This document shows positions 9,998-21,031 of a stretch of DNA of 64,000 bases, piece after piece. The notes under the pieces were generated by a model. That model was not told where the DNA came from and did no database searches. It was given only the letters and a program-made list of their open reading frames with translations. The DNA is from Myxococcota bacterium. Its GTDB lineage: Bacteria > Myxococcota_A > UBA9160 > UBA6930. The DNA is taken from assembly GCA_965223415.1 (NCBI GenBank), contig OZ245002.1:3520001-3584000 (forward strand), given 5' to 3'. The position numbers and the translations under genes were made by a program. Positions within the stretch are counted from its first letter, which is position 1, and each line of letters starts with the position of its first letter.

Positions 9998-11839
9998 ATG
10001 CCGACCGCAGCGCCCGCCGAGACCGACCACCGCGCTCCCCTCACCCTGGACGAGCTTCTCGAGATCCTCGCCACCGCCGGGCACATGAGCGAAGACCAGG
10101 CGCGGGACGTCGGCGCTCGAGCCCGCACCCTCGCGAGCCAGGTCCTGAAGGACCGGGTCGGCTCGGTGCGCTCTCAGGCGGCCCAGCGCTACGACGTGTC
10201 GCCCGCCGAGATCGTCGCCACCGCCCGCGTCGGCGACCCGAACCGTCCCGGGCGCTTCCTCACCGAGGATTCCATCGCCGAGCTGCTGGCCGAGCGCGCT
10301 GGCCTCGAGGCGAAGAAGATCGACCCGCTCCACCTCGACGCCCAGCTCCTCACCAAGACCTTCTCCCGACCCTTCGCGCGCCGCCATGCCGTCATCCCGT
10401 TGGCGCATACCGAAGCCGGCGGGCTGCTGCTCGCCGTGACGGACCCCTTCGACGGGGTCCTCCGCGAGACCCTGGCCCAGCAGCTGCGCGTTCCCCTCGA
10501 GCTCGTGGTCAGCTCGAAGCGCGACATCCTCGCCATCATCGACCGGGTCTACGGCTTCCACGCCAGCGTGTCGGTTGCAGAGGAGAGCCTCGGCGGCGGC
10601 GCCGACGGCGGCGCCCTGGCGCCCTTCGTCGAGCTCCGCTCCAACGAGGAGCTCGCGACCGCCGGCGACGAGAGCGTCGTCACCGCCGTCGACTACCTGC
10701 TGAACTACGCCTTCGAGCAGCGTGCCTCCGACATCCACCTGGAGCCCCGTGAGGGCGATGCGGTCATCCGCTTCCGCATCGACGGCATCCTCCACGACAT
10801 CGAGCGAATGCCGCTCAACGTGCACGGTGCCGTGGTCTCGCGCATCAAGGTGCTCGCCCGCATGGACATCGCCGAGCGCCGCCGCCCCCAGGACGGCCGC
10901 ATCAAGACCTTCCGCGCGGAGCGCGAGGTGGAGCTACGCGTCTCGAGTCTGCTGACCGCGTTCGGCGAGAAGGTCGTCGTCCGGGTGTTCGACCCGGACG
11001 TGCTCATGACCGATCTCCAGCAGCTCGGCTTCTCCCGCGACGACCGCGAGAGCTACGAGCGCTGGATCACCGCCCCGAGCGGTCTGATCCTCGTCACCGG
11101 TCCGACCGGCTCCGGAAAGACGACCACGCTCTATTCCACCCTCCGCTACCTGGCCGGGCCCGAGATCAACATCACCACCGTCGAGGACCCGATCGAGATG
11201 GTGGACCCGCGCTTCTGTCAGGTGCAGGTGCAACGCCAGGCCGACGTCAGCTTCGCCACGGCCCTGCGCGCGATCCTGCGCCAGGACCCGGACATCATCA
11301 TGGTCGGGGAGATTCGCGACGCGGAGACGGCGAACATGGCGGTGCAGGCCGCCCTCACCGGCCACCTCGTCTTCTCCACGGTCCACACCCGCGATGCCGC
11401 CGGCGCCGTCACCCGGCTGATCGAGCTGGGCATCGAGCGCTTCCTGCTCGCCAGTGTGCTGCGCGGAGTGCTCGCCCAGCGCCTTGTCCGCTGCATCTGT
11501 CCCCACTGCGTCGCCCTGGGCTTCCTCACGCCGAACCAGGTCGACGCCCTCGGCCTCAAGGTGCCCCTCGAGCGCCGCGAGCAGCTCCGCGTGCGCTGGG
11601 GCGAGGGCTGCACCGATTGCCGCCACACCGGCCTCCACGGGCGGACCGGCGTGTTCGAGATGCTCGACGTCGGGCGCCGCGTGCGCGCCCTCGTCACCGA
11701 GGGCGCCGATGCCGGAGAGATCACTCGCGCGGCCCGGGTCGAGGGCATGGAGACGCTGCGCGAGGCCGCCATCCAGAAGCTGGCCTCCGGCGAGACGCCC
11801 TTCGAAGAGGTCGTACGGCTCACGGTGGACGCGGAATGA
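9998..11839 (+). CDS. GspE/PilB-family secretion/pilus ATPase
   Basis: ASDIHLEP, Walker A GPTGSGKTTT, EDPIE, LRQDPDIIMVGEIRD, TGHLVFSTVH, CPHC/CTDC zinc motif. Confidence 0.92.
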   Translation: MPTAAPAETDHRAPLTLDELLEILATAGHMSEDQARDVGARARTLASQVLKDRVGSVRSQAAQRYDVSPAEIVATARVGDPNRPGRFLTEDSIAELLAERAGLEAKKIDPLHLDAQLLTKTFSRPFARRHAVIPLAHTEAGGLLLAVTDPFDGVLRETLAQQLRVPLELVVSSKRDILAIIDRVYGFHASVSVAEESLGGGADGGALAPFVELRSNEELATAGDESVVTAVDYLLNYAFEQRASDIHLEPREGDAVIRFRIDGILHDIERMPLNVHGAVVSRIKVLARMDIAERRRPQDGRIKTFRAEREVELRVSSLLTAFGEKVVVRVFDPDVLMTDLQQLGFSRDDRESYERWITAPSGLILVTGPTGSGKTTTLYSTLRYLAGPEINITTVEDPIEMVDPRFCQVQVQRQADVSFATALRAILRQDPDIIMVGEIRDAETANMAVQAALTGHLVFSTVHTRDAAGAVTRLIELGIERFLLASVLRGVLAQRLVRCICPHCVALGFLTPNQVDALGLKVPLERREQLRVRWGEGCTDCRHTGLHGRTGVFEMLDVGRRVRALVTEGADAGEITRAARVEGMETLREAAIQKLASGETPFEEVVRLTVDAE

Positions 11840-13311
11840 CCGCCGCCGAGCGCGAGCTGGGCCTGCAGCTGCGGGCGGGCGTCCGCCTCATCGTCCTCGA
11901 GACCGTGGAGGAAGAGCGGGCCCTGCGCTTGCTCGGTCGCACCGCGAAGCGCGTCGAGCGCAGTCTGCACACCTGGTCCCTGGCCAGCGGAATGGACGGC
12001 GCGGGAGAGGGCGCCGGCGGTCTCGACGCGGCCGTGCGCGCCTTCGACGCCTGCCGCACGCCGGCGATCTTCGTCGTCGCGGACGCCCACGCGCTCCTCG
12101 CCGATAGCGTCGGCGTCCGTCACCTGCGAGAGGCCCTGCCGCGCTGGGCCGAGCGCCGGCAGGCCGTCGTGCTGCTGGGTCCGCTCGTCGACCTCCCCGT
12201 CGAGCTGGAGCGGGAAGCGGCACGGCTGGCGCTGCCCCTTCCCACGGCGCAGGAGCTGCGAAGCCTCTTCGAGCGGGTGATGCGGGGGGCGCGAGGCGCC
12301 GAGGCCGCCTCGGCGCTCCTCGACGACTGCGTCCGGGCGGCCCTTGGTCTCACCGCCGGCGAGGCGGCGCGCGCCTTCCGCAAGGCCTGGCTCGCCTGCG
12401 GCGAGCTCTCGCCGGACGCGGTGGCCCGCGTCGCGTCCGAGAAGCAGAAGGCACTGCGCCGCATTCCGGCCCTGAGCTTCCACGACGTCCAGGACGATCT
12501 GGCCGGCGTCGGAGGCCTTGGCGAGCTGAAGCGCTGGCTGCGGGAGCGCCGCCGCGCCTTCGGCCAGGAGGCCCGGGACTTCGGCCTGCCGGCACCGCGG
12601 GGCCTCCTGCTCCTCGGCGTCCAGGGCTGCGGCAAGTCCCTGTGCGCGAAGGCGGTCGCGTCGGAGTGGCGCTTCCCCCTGCTGCGCCTCGACCTGGCGG
12701 CGGCCTTCTCCGATCCCACCCGCAGCCCAGAGCTCTTCCTGCGCGAGGCCACGGCCGTCGCCGAGAGCCTGGCGCCGGTGGTCGTGTGGATCGACGAGAT
12801 CGAGAAGGGTTTCGCCGTGAGCGAGCGCGATCCGGGTGCCTCGCGGGTCTTCGGCAGCTTCCTCACCTGGCTGGCGGAGAAGCAGGCGCCGGTCTTCGTG
12901 GTGGCGACGGCCAACGACGTGAGTGCGCTTCCGCCGGAGCTCCTGCGGCGGGGTCGCTTCGACGAGCTCTTCTTCGTCGACCTGCCCACCGAGGAGGAGC
13001 GCGCCGAGATCCTGGCCATCCACCTGCGCAAGCGGGGCCGGGATCCCAAGCAGTTCCCGCTGGCGGAGCTGGCCTCCCGGGCCGTGCATCAGTCCGGCGC
13101 CGAGCTCGAGCAGGTGGTCGCGGCCGGGCTCTACGCCGCCTTCGCCGAGAGCCGCGAGCTCCGGGACACGGACCTGGCCGAAGCCATCCAGGACACGGTG
13201 CCGCTCTACGAGACCTACGAGGAGCGCATCAAGGAGCTGCGCAACTGGGCGCGCCACCGGGCCCGCCCGGCGACCCTGGACGGCAAGGCGGTGAGCTGGT
13301 TCCAGGAGTAG
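11836..13311 (+). CDS. AAA+ ATPase, Ycf46-like architecture
   Basis: [47 protein letters not shown] overlap with upstream stop. Confidence 0.87.
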   Translation: MTAAERELGLQLRAGVRLIVLETVEEERALRLLGRTAKRVERSLHTWSLASGMDGAGEGAGGLDAAVRAFDACRTPAIFVVADAHALLADSVGVRHLREALPRWAERRQAVVLLGPLVDLPVELEREAARLALPLPTAQELRSLFERVMRGARGAEAASALLDDCVRAALGLTAGEAARAFRKAWLACGELSPDAVARVASEKQKALRRIPALSFHDVQDDLAGVGGLGELKRWLRERRRAFGQEARDFGLPAPRGLLLLGVQGCGKSLCAKAVASEWRFPLLRLDLAAAFSDPTRSPELFLREATAVAESLAPVVVWIDEIEKGFAVSERDPGASRVFGSFLTWLAEKQAPVFVVATANDVSALPPELLRRGRFDELFFVDLPTEEERAEILAIHLRKRGRDPKQFPLAELASRAVHQSGAELEQVVAAGLYAAFAESRELRDTDLAEAIQDTVPLYETYEERIKELRNWARHRARPATLDGKAVSWFQE

Positions 13312-13446
13312 AGCACCGCCGCCGACGGCTCGTGCCGCTGACCGCGAAACGAGCAGCGCCGACCCGAATCGAGGCAGCTCCCCGGCCGGCTGGGTCGCGC
13401 CCGGCCCATCGGGGCTCGCGGGACGGCTCCTTCGGGGGTTCGGGCC

Positions 13447-13462
13447 TGGCACGCCCATTGCT
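13447..13462 (+). promoter_or_regulatory. sigma54 -24/-12 promoter upstream of amtB
   Basis: TGGCACG-CCCA-TTGCT matches TGGCACG-N4-TTGC; GGAGG RBS follows before GTG at 13506. Confidence 0.85.
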
Positions 13463-13505
13463 CTGGGGACTTCCGTGGGCGCGGATGCCCGTGGGAGGAA
13501 ACGAC

Positions 13506-15133
<1,628 letters not shown>

Positions 15134-15193
15134 CTCCCCCACGACCCTTCAGGAACGCAGGCGTTCCCTATGCTCCGGGCAGGAGGACCCTCC

Positions 15194-15385
15194 ATGAGAC
15201 GGCTGCTGCTGCCCGGAGCGTTACTGCTCGGCCTGCTCGCTGGGGGCTGCACCCCCACCGTCCAGGTGCAGGCTCCGGACGAGCCGATCGTGATCAACAT
15301 GAACGTGAAGATCGAGCACGAGGTTCGCGTCAAAGTGGACGAGGAGCTCGATCAGGTGTTCGAAGACGAGCAGGATATCTTCTGA
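15194..15385 (+). CDS. ynbE: YnbE-family lipoprotein
   Basis: Lipobox AGGC, PIVINMNVKIEHEVRVKVD; AGGAGG RBS. Confidence 0.85.
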   Translation: MRRLLLPGALLLGLLAGGCTPTVQVQAPDEPIVINMNVKIEHEVRVKVDEELDQVFEDEQDIF

Positions 15386-15723
15386 TGACGACGCGAGTGA
15401 CGACGGTACTGCTGGCTCTGCTGCTCTTCTCGGCGGCAGCGTACGCGGACGGCGCCCTGGATGCGGCCCGGGACGCTGGCGTGGTCGGCGAGCGCCGCAA
15501 CGGCTACGTGGGACTGGTGGTGAAGAAGCCGACCCCTGAGCAGAAGGCGTGGGTCGAGGACGTCAACAAGAAGCGCCGCGCCCACTACAAGAAGATCGCC
15601 AAGAAGTCCGGCGCCACGGTCGACGAGGTGGCCGCGCTCGCCGCCCAGCGACTGATCGAACAGGCCCGCTCCGGCCACTACGTCCAGGGCGCCGGCGATG
15701 GCTGGGTCCAGGTCAAGAAATGA
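15385..15723 (+). CDS. ydbL: YdbL/DUF1318 family protein
   Basis: GVVGERRNGYVG...VNKKRRAHY; follows ynbE. Confidence 0.85.
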   Translation: MTTRVTTVLLALLLFSAAAYADGALDAARDAGVVGERRNGYVGLVVKKPTPEQKAWVEDVNKKRRAHYKKIAKKSGATVDEVAALAAQRLIEQARSGHYVQGAGDGWVQVKK

Positions 15724-15802
15724 AGAAGCGGGGTGGATTCGCCTCGTAGAAGTTGGGGCCGGACTTCAGCTCGGGCTCGGATAGTCCGATTCGTGGGCGG
15801 CC

Positions 15803-17446
15803 ATGCTGTTGCCCTGGAGCCACGAATCGACGGAGCTGCGGCGCCGTCCCTGGATCACGGTCGCCCTGATCTCCGCCTGCGTGGTGGTGCTGGTCGGCAG
15901 CGAGCTGGACCCGGCGGTCCAGCAGTTCGAGAAGGCGCTGGGTGAGGCCCACGCCTTCTGGCAGAGCCACCCCTACCTGGAGCCGGGCGAGCTCCTGGCC
16001 ACCCACTTCGGCGATGACGGGGCCCGCGCTCGCGAGGAGTTCCGGGCCGACCTGGCCGCCGGTGACGTCCCGATCCCCGCCTCCGCGGTGGAAGCGGAGC
16101 AGGTCGAGCTCGACGCCCTCGCCGCCGACGCGGACGCCGCCCTCAAGCGCCACGTCTGGTATCGCTTCGGTCTCGTGCCGACGGCGCCCCGGCTGGCCGG
16201 CGTCTTTGGCCACATGTTCTTGCACGCCGGCTGGGTGCACCTGCTCGGCAACCTGCTCTTCCTGTTCCTCACCGGACCGTTCATCGAGGACCGCTGGGGG
16301 CGTTCGGTCTACCTGCTCTTCTACCTGGGAGCCGGCGTCGCCTCCGGTCTCGTCTTCGCCATCCAGAGCCCCGACCTCACCGGCCCGCTGATCGGGGCCT
16401 CCGGCGCGATCGCTGGCGCCATGGGCGCGTTCCTGGTGCTGTTCGCGACGGTGCGGATCAAGTTCGCCTACTGGCTCGGGCTCTTCTGGGGAACCTTCGC
16501 GGTGCCCGCCTGGCTGCTGTTGCCGCTCTGGTTCGGCCACGAGCTGGCGACGGCCCGCCTGATGGACGTGACCGGCGCCAGCGACGGCGTCGCCTACTGG
16601 GCCCACGTGGGCGGCTTCGCCTTCGGCGTCGCCACCGCGGCCCTCCTGCGAGCGAGTGGCGCCGACGCGCGCATGCAGCTCCGCGACGCCCGCCGGGACG
16701 AGGCGGCGGCCTCCGCCGGCATGCCGCCCTCGGGCGGGGAGGCTCCCGAGACGACGCGGGAGGCGACGCCTGCGACGCCCGCCGCTTCGATCGGTCGCCT
16801 CTGGACCGCCGTTGCCCGCGCCGACCGGGCCGGAGCCCTGCGCGAGTGGTCGGCCCTCTCGAAGGCCGGCCAGGCCGCGACCGGCGGCGACCCGGACGTG
16901 GCGCTGCGCCTGGCGGGCTGGCTCGCCGCCACCGGCCAGCAAGAGGCCGCCGCCGGCGTCCTGGCCGACCTCCTGCCCCGGGCGGACCGCGCCACGGCGG
17001 GCCGCATCGCCGGAGCCGCCCGCCGCATCGATCCCGAGCTCGCGAGCCGGGCCGCCGAGCTCGCGGCCACCCCGCCCACGCCCGAAGCTTCGCCCGCGCC
17101 CACACCGGCGCCTCCGCAGCCCACGAAATCGCCGGTCGTCGCGCCTCCGCAGCCCACGAAATCGTCGGTCGTCGCGCCTCCGCAGCCGGCCGAGCCGCCG
17201 CCCGCCGCGCGGCCGCCCACCCAGCCGGCCCCCGCGGCGGCGCCTCCCCGACCCGCTCCGGCCCCGTCGCCGGCTCTCGACCTCGATCTCTTCGAGGCGG
17301 ACGCGGTCGATCTTTCCAAGGACGACGAGGAGTGGAGCGTCGAGGCCCAGGGCGTCGATCTCGACGCGCCGGGCAGCCATGGCAGCGAAGGCGACACCGG
17401 CGCCGAGCTCTTCGACACGGACGCCTTCGACTTCTCCGAGGAATAG
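15803..17446 (+). CDS. Rhomboid intramembrane serine protease with Pro-rich linker and acidic C-terminal tail
   Basis: HMFLHAGWVHLLGN, catalytic GASG, AYWAHVGGF. Confidence 0.88.
   Translation: MLLPWSHESTELRRRPWITVALISACVVVLVGSELDPAVQQFEKALGEAHAFWQSHPYLEPGELLATHFGDDGARAREEFRADLAAGDVPIPASAVEAEQVELDALAADADAALKRHVWYRFGLVPTAPRLAGVFGHMFLHAGWVHLLGNLLFLFLTGPFIEDRWGRSVYLLFYLGAGVASGLVFAIQSPDLTGPLIGASGAIAGAMGAFLVLFATVRIKFAYWLGLFWGTFAVPAWLLLPLWFGHELATARLMDVTGASDGVAYWAHVGGFAFGVATAALLRASGADARMQLRDARRDEAAASAGMPPSGGEAPETTREATPATPAASIGRLWTAVARADRAGALREWSALSKAGQAATGGDPDVALRLAGWLAATGQQEAAAGVLADLLPRADRATAGRIAGAARRIDPELASRAAELAATPPTPEASPAPTPAPPQPTKSPVVAPPQPTKSSVVAPPQPAEPPPAARPPTQPAPAAAPPRPAPAPSPALDLDLFEADAVDLSKDDEEWSVEAQGVDLDAPGSHGSEGDTGAELFDTDAFDFSEE
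17108..17187 (+). repeat. 33-nt in-frame tandem repeat (APPQPTKS[P/S]VV, about 2.4 copies)
   Basis: gcgcctccgcagcccacgaaatcg[c/t]cggtcgtc repeated. Confidence 0.9.
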
Positions 17447-17505
17447 CGCCACCCGGCCGGAGCACTCGCGGGGGAACGCCGGACAAGGGCTAGGATGGCC
17501 CGCGC

Positions 17506-19434
17506 ATGCGCGAGCGGGTCTTCGGCATCGAGACCGAGTACGCGGTCGTCTACTTCCCGGCCCGGGGCGAGGAGCGGCGACCGACGAACCTCACCCTCTA
17601 CCCGCTCTTCGAGCGCTACCTGGAGCGGCGGGTGCCCGGCGTGCCGCGCGCCCTCTCCCTGCTGCGTGCGAAGCCGGGCCGCTTCCTCGCCAACGGCATG
17701 TCCTTCCACTACGAGGCGACGCCCCACGCCTTCGAGCACGGGCTCCTCGAGATCGCGAGCCCGGAGTGCCGCGATCCCTTCACGTTGCTCGCCCACGAGC
17801 GGGCCAAGGACGCGCTGGCAGAGGAGCTGCGCGGCGAGGTGAACCGGGAGCTCGCCGCCCAGGGCTGGCGCGGCGAGGTGCGCGTCTTCAAGAGCAACGT
17901 CGACGCCCACGGCCATACCTTCGGCTCCCACGAGAGCTACTGGATCGACGATCCCCTGCCGCCGCTGCGGCGCCTGGCCATCGCCCCCTTGTGGGCGGCG
18001 CTCTGGCTGCTGACCCTGCCGCCGCTGCTGTGGCTGCTGGCGGTGAGCGCCCTCATGCTGGCCGCCCCGCTCCTGCTGCTGGCGGCCCCGCCGTCGGGAG
18101 CCGCCCTGCGCGCCCTGGCCCGGCCTGCGGGCCGCCTGCACGCCCCGACCGGGCGCCGCCTGCGGCTCGCCGCCGCCCGGCTCTCCGGGCTGCCGATGCG
18201 CGTCGCCGCCCGGCTCCAGGCCGATCCCGGGGCCTTGCCCCGGCGTCTCGCCTGGGTCGAGTGGCCCCTGCGGCCGGTCCTCCACCTGCACGCTGCCTTC
18301 GCGCGGCGCTTCCTGTTCCGGCCCGCGGTTCGGGGCGCCATGGCGCACCTGGTGACGCGCACCCTCTACTGCGGTGCGGGCCGGGTCGTGTTCGACGGTG
18401 GCGACCTGCTGCACGCGAGCCAGCGCGCCGCCTTCCTGCGCGTGCCGTCGCACCTCTTCACCCACGGCGACCGCCGCCCCCTGGTGGAGCTGCGCGATCC
18501 GTTCTTCCGGCCCTGGAGCGTGTTCGGCCGGCGCCGGCGCCTGCACCTGATGCTGGCCGACGCGACCCTCTGCGACCAGGCGAGCGTGCTTCGCGTGGGC
18601 ACGACCGCCCTCGTTCTCGAGGCCATCGAGGCGAAGCCCGACGCGGCCTGGCCGGAGCTGGTCGATCCCGTCGCCGCCCTGGGCGCCCTGAGCCGTGACG
18701 TCGGGACTCCCCTGTCCCTGTGCGCCGGCGGCGAGGCGTCGGCGCTGGCGATCCAACGGGAGGTGCTGCACCGGGTGCGGGAGCGACTCCCCGGACCGGT
18801 CGCCGACTGGAAGCGCTGCGTGCTTGGCCTGTGGGAGGAGACGCTCGACGCGTTCGAGCGCGATCCAGACGCCCTGGCCGACCGGGTCGACTGGGTCGCC
18901 AAGCGCAGCCTGCTGCGCCGCGATGCCGCCTCCGCCGAGGACTGGAGGCAGCTCGCCGCCGAGGGAACGCGGCTCACCGGGACCGTTCCCGGCGACCCGG
19001 AAGGCGAGCGCCTGCGGGAGCTCGCCTTCCGCGCCCTGCGCACGGATCTCCGCTACCACGAGCTCGGGCCAAGGGGCGGCCACGCCCGCCTCCGGCGCCG
19101 CGGAGCCGTTCGCGAGCTCGCCTCCGCGGACCAGATCGAGCGCGCTCACCGCGCGCCTCCCGCCGACACCCGCGCCCACGCCCGCGGCCTGGCGATCGGT
19201 GCCGCACTGGCCGCGCCGATCCCCGGCGCCGCCACCTGGCACCGGGTGCGGATCGGTCTCACCGATTGGCGCTGGCTTCCGGATCCCCTCGACCCGGGGC
19301 CGGGTCTCGGTCTGTTCGGCAGGCGTCGACGAAGCCCCGGAACAACTGCAGCCGCCCCTCCCCCGGGAGCTTCTCCGGATGCCACTGCACGCCGAGCTGG
19401 AGGCCAGGGCCTTCGCCCTCGATCGCCTCGATGA
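17506..19434 (+). CDS. PafA/Dop (Pup ligase/deamidase) family protein with hydrophobic insertion
   Basis: GIETEY, FLANG, EIASPEC, FKSNVD..G.TFGSHESY, LVTR..YCGAG, SQRA, RRLHL, DWVAKR, DLRYHEL, PPADTRA. Confidence 0.87.
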   Translation: MRERVFGIETEYAVVYFPARGEERRPTNLTLYPLFERYLERRVPGVPRALSLLRAKPGRFLANGMSFHYEATPHAFEHGLLEIASPECRDPFTLLAHERAKDALAEELRGEVNRELAAQGWRGEVRVFKSNVDAHGHTFGSHESYWIDDPLPPLRRLAIAPLWAALWLLTLPPLLWLLAVSALMLAAPLLLLAAPPSGAALRALARPAGRLHAPTGRRLRLAAARLSGLPMRVAARLQADPGALPRRLAWVEWPLRPVLHLHAAFARRFLFRPAVRGAMAHLVTRTLYCGAGRVVFDGGDLLHASQRAAFLRVPSHLFTHGDRRPLVELRDPFFRPWSVFGRRRRLHLMLADATLCDQASVLRVGTTALVLEAIEAKPDAAWPELVDPVAALGALSRDVGTPLSLCAGGEASALAIQREVLHRVRERLPGPVADWKRCVLGLWEETLDAFERDPDALADRVDWVAKRSLLRRDAASAEDWRQLAAEGTRLTGTVPGDPEGERLRELAFRALRTDLRYHELGPRGGHARLRRRGAVRELASADQIERAHRAPPADTRAHARGLAIGAALAAPIPGAATWHRVRIGLTDWRWLPDPLDPGPGLGLFGRRRRSPGTTAAAPPPGASPDATARRAGGQGLRPRSPR

Positions 19435-20011
19435 CGCCGTCGGGCGCCCGGGCTGCCACCCGCAGACCGGCGCCCGGTGCCTCCACCGCCTGGTGGTGCA
19501 GGCTGTTCACCTCTCCGGCTGCGTCACCGAGCCAGGTGGCCAGCCGGGTGCCCGGAACGAGGGCGAGCCCGTGGCGTCCGCGGGCCTCGTCCAGCTGGTG
19601 CTCGTCGGCCTCCGGACGATCGACGGGGAGGTGGTGGTGCAGGCGGCCCCCGGCTTCGAGGGCGAGCAGCTGCATGCCGTAGCAGATGCCCAGCACCGGG
19701 AGCCCCCGGGCCCGGGCACCGGCCAGGAGCGCCGCATCGAAGGCCCGCTGCTCCGGCGCCACCGGCGTGAAGGGCGTCCCGGGCGGGTAGGGCTGCGGCG
19801 GTGGGAAGTCGTCTCCGCCGGGAAGCACGAGTCCGTCGAGTCCGTCGAGGGCGGCGGCCGGCGGGGTCGGCAGCGGCAGGTAGCACGGGGTACCCCCGGC
19901 CTCGGCCACGGCCACCGCGTAGGCCTCGTCCAGGTAGTGATAGCGGCGCCCGGGCCGGAACCGCTCGGCGGCGTCGAGGCACAGGGGAATGCCGATCCGG
20001 GGTGCGGCCAC
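19259..20011 (-). CDS. Peptidase C26 / PuuD-like gamma-glutamyl hydrolase
   Basis: GLVLPGGDD, LGICYGMQ, VNSLHHQ, GVQWHPE. Confidence 0.88.
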   Translation of the reverse strand: MAAPRIGIPLCLDAAERFRPGRRYHYLDEAYAVAVAEAGGTPCYLPLPTPPAAALDGLDGLVLPGGDDFPPPQPYPPGTPFTPVAPEQRAFDAALLAGARARGLPVLGICYGMQLLALEAGGRLHHHLPVDRPEADEHQLDEARGRHGLALVPGTRLATWLGDAAGEVNSLHHQAVEAPGAGLRVAARAPDGVIEAIEGEGPGLQLGVQWHPEKLPGEGRLQLFRGFVDACRTDRDPAPGRGDPEASANR

Positions 20012-20075
20012 GAACGCAGACTAGCCGGCCCGGCTGTGTCAACATGCCCCTTCCCGAAATCAAGGAGGCCTGCCC

Positions 20076-20558
20076 ATGGCGATTCAGGTCGGTGACAAGA
20101 TCCCCTCGGTGAAGCTCAAGATCGTGACGTCGGAGGGTCAGAGCGACGCGACCACCGACGACCTCTTCGGCGGCAAGAAGGTGGTGCTGTTCGCCGTCCC
20201 CGGCGCCTTCACCCCGCTCTGCTCCGCCCAGCACCTGCCCGGCTACATCGAGAAGGCGGGAGAGTTCGCGGCCAAGGGCGTGGACAGCGTCCTGTGCCTC
20301 TCGGTGAACGACGCCTTCGTGATGGACGCCTGGGCCAAGGATCGCGGCGCCGGCGACAAGGTGACCCTCGTGGCGGACGGCTCTGCCGAGTTCACGAAGG
20401 CGGTCGGCCTCGACTTCGACGCGGGCAACTTCGGCATGGGCACGCGTTCCCAGCGCTACGCCCTCGTCGCCGAGGACGGCGTGGTGACGCATCTCGGTGT
20501 CGAGGCGCCGATGAAGTTCGACGTGTCCGGCGCCGACGCGGTCCTCGCAGCCCTGTAG
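20076..20558 (+). CDS. Peroxiredoxin (Prx5-like)
   Basis: VPGAFTPLCSAQHLPG, SVNDAFVM. Confidence 0.93.
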   Translation: MAIQVGDKIPSVKLKIVTSEGQSDATTDDLFGGKKVVLFAVPGAFTPLCSAQHLPGYIEKAGEFAAKGVDSVLCLSVNDAFVMDAWAKDRGAGDKVTLVADGSAEFTKAVGLDFDAGNFGMGTRSQRYALVAEDGVVTHLGVEAPMKFDVSGADAVLAAL

Positions 20559-20572
20559 CGGAAACCGGCGGC

Positions 20573-21031
20573 GTGAGCTCCGACCCGCGCACGATCGTCG
20601 CCGAGGCGCGCAGGCGCTACTTCGAGGCGAACGGCCTCGGGGAGGGCGGCTACGCGGACCGATGGGTCGTGCTCCGGCTGGCCGGGGTGCCCGTCGCCGC
20701 CTTCCCGAACACGCGGCAGCGGGTGCGCTCCGTGCGCTTCCACGATCTCCACCACGTGGCGACCGGCTACGGCACGAGCCTGCGCGGCGAGGCGGAGATC
20801 GGGGCGTGGGAGCTGGCCAGCGGGTGCCACGACCACGCCGCGGCGTGGCTCTTGAACGGGGCGGCGGTGCTGCTCGCCGGATGGCTCGCGCCGCGGCGCG
20901 TCGCCCGGGCGTTTCGCGCCGGGCGGCGCTGTCGCAGCCTCTACGCGGAGGAGTGGGATGAGCGCGTTCTCGATCTTTCGGTGGCGGCGCTGCGCGCGCG
21001 ACTCCACATCCCCGAGGCCGGGCTGGCCTAG
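20573..21031 (+). CDS. Hypothetical protein with HDxxH...GE motif (Coq4-like metal site)
   Basis: HDLHHVATGYGTSLRGEAEIGAWEL. Confidence 0.6.
   Translation: MSSDPRTIVAEARRRYFEANGLGEGGYADRWVVLRLAGVPVAAFPNTRQRVRSVRFHDLHHVATGYGTSLRGEAEIGAWELASGCHDHAAAWLLNGAAVLLAGWLAPRRVARAFRAGRRCRSLYAEEWDERVLDLSVAALRARLHIPEAGLA

Noticed and set aside
15194..15385. Small acidic ORF as a Pup/UBact candidate
   Set aside because: Has a lipobox and YnbE motif and ends in DIF, not G[E/Q]
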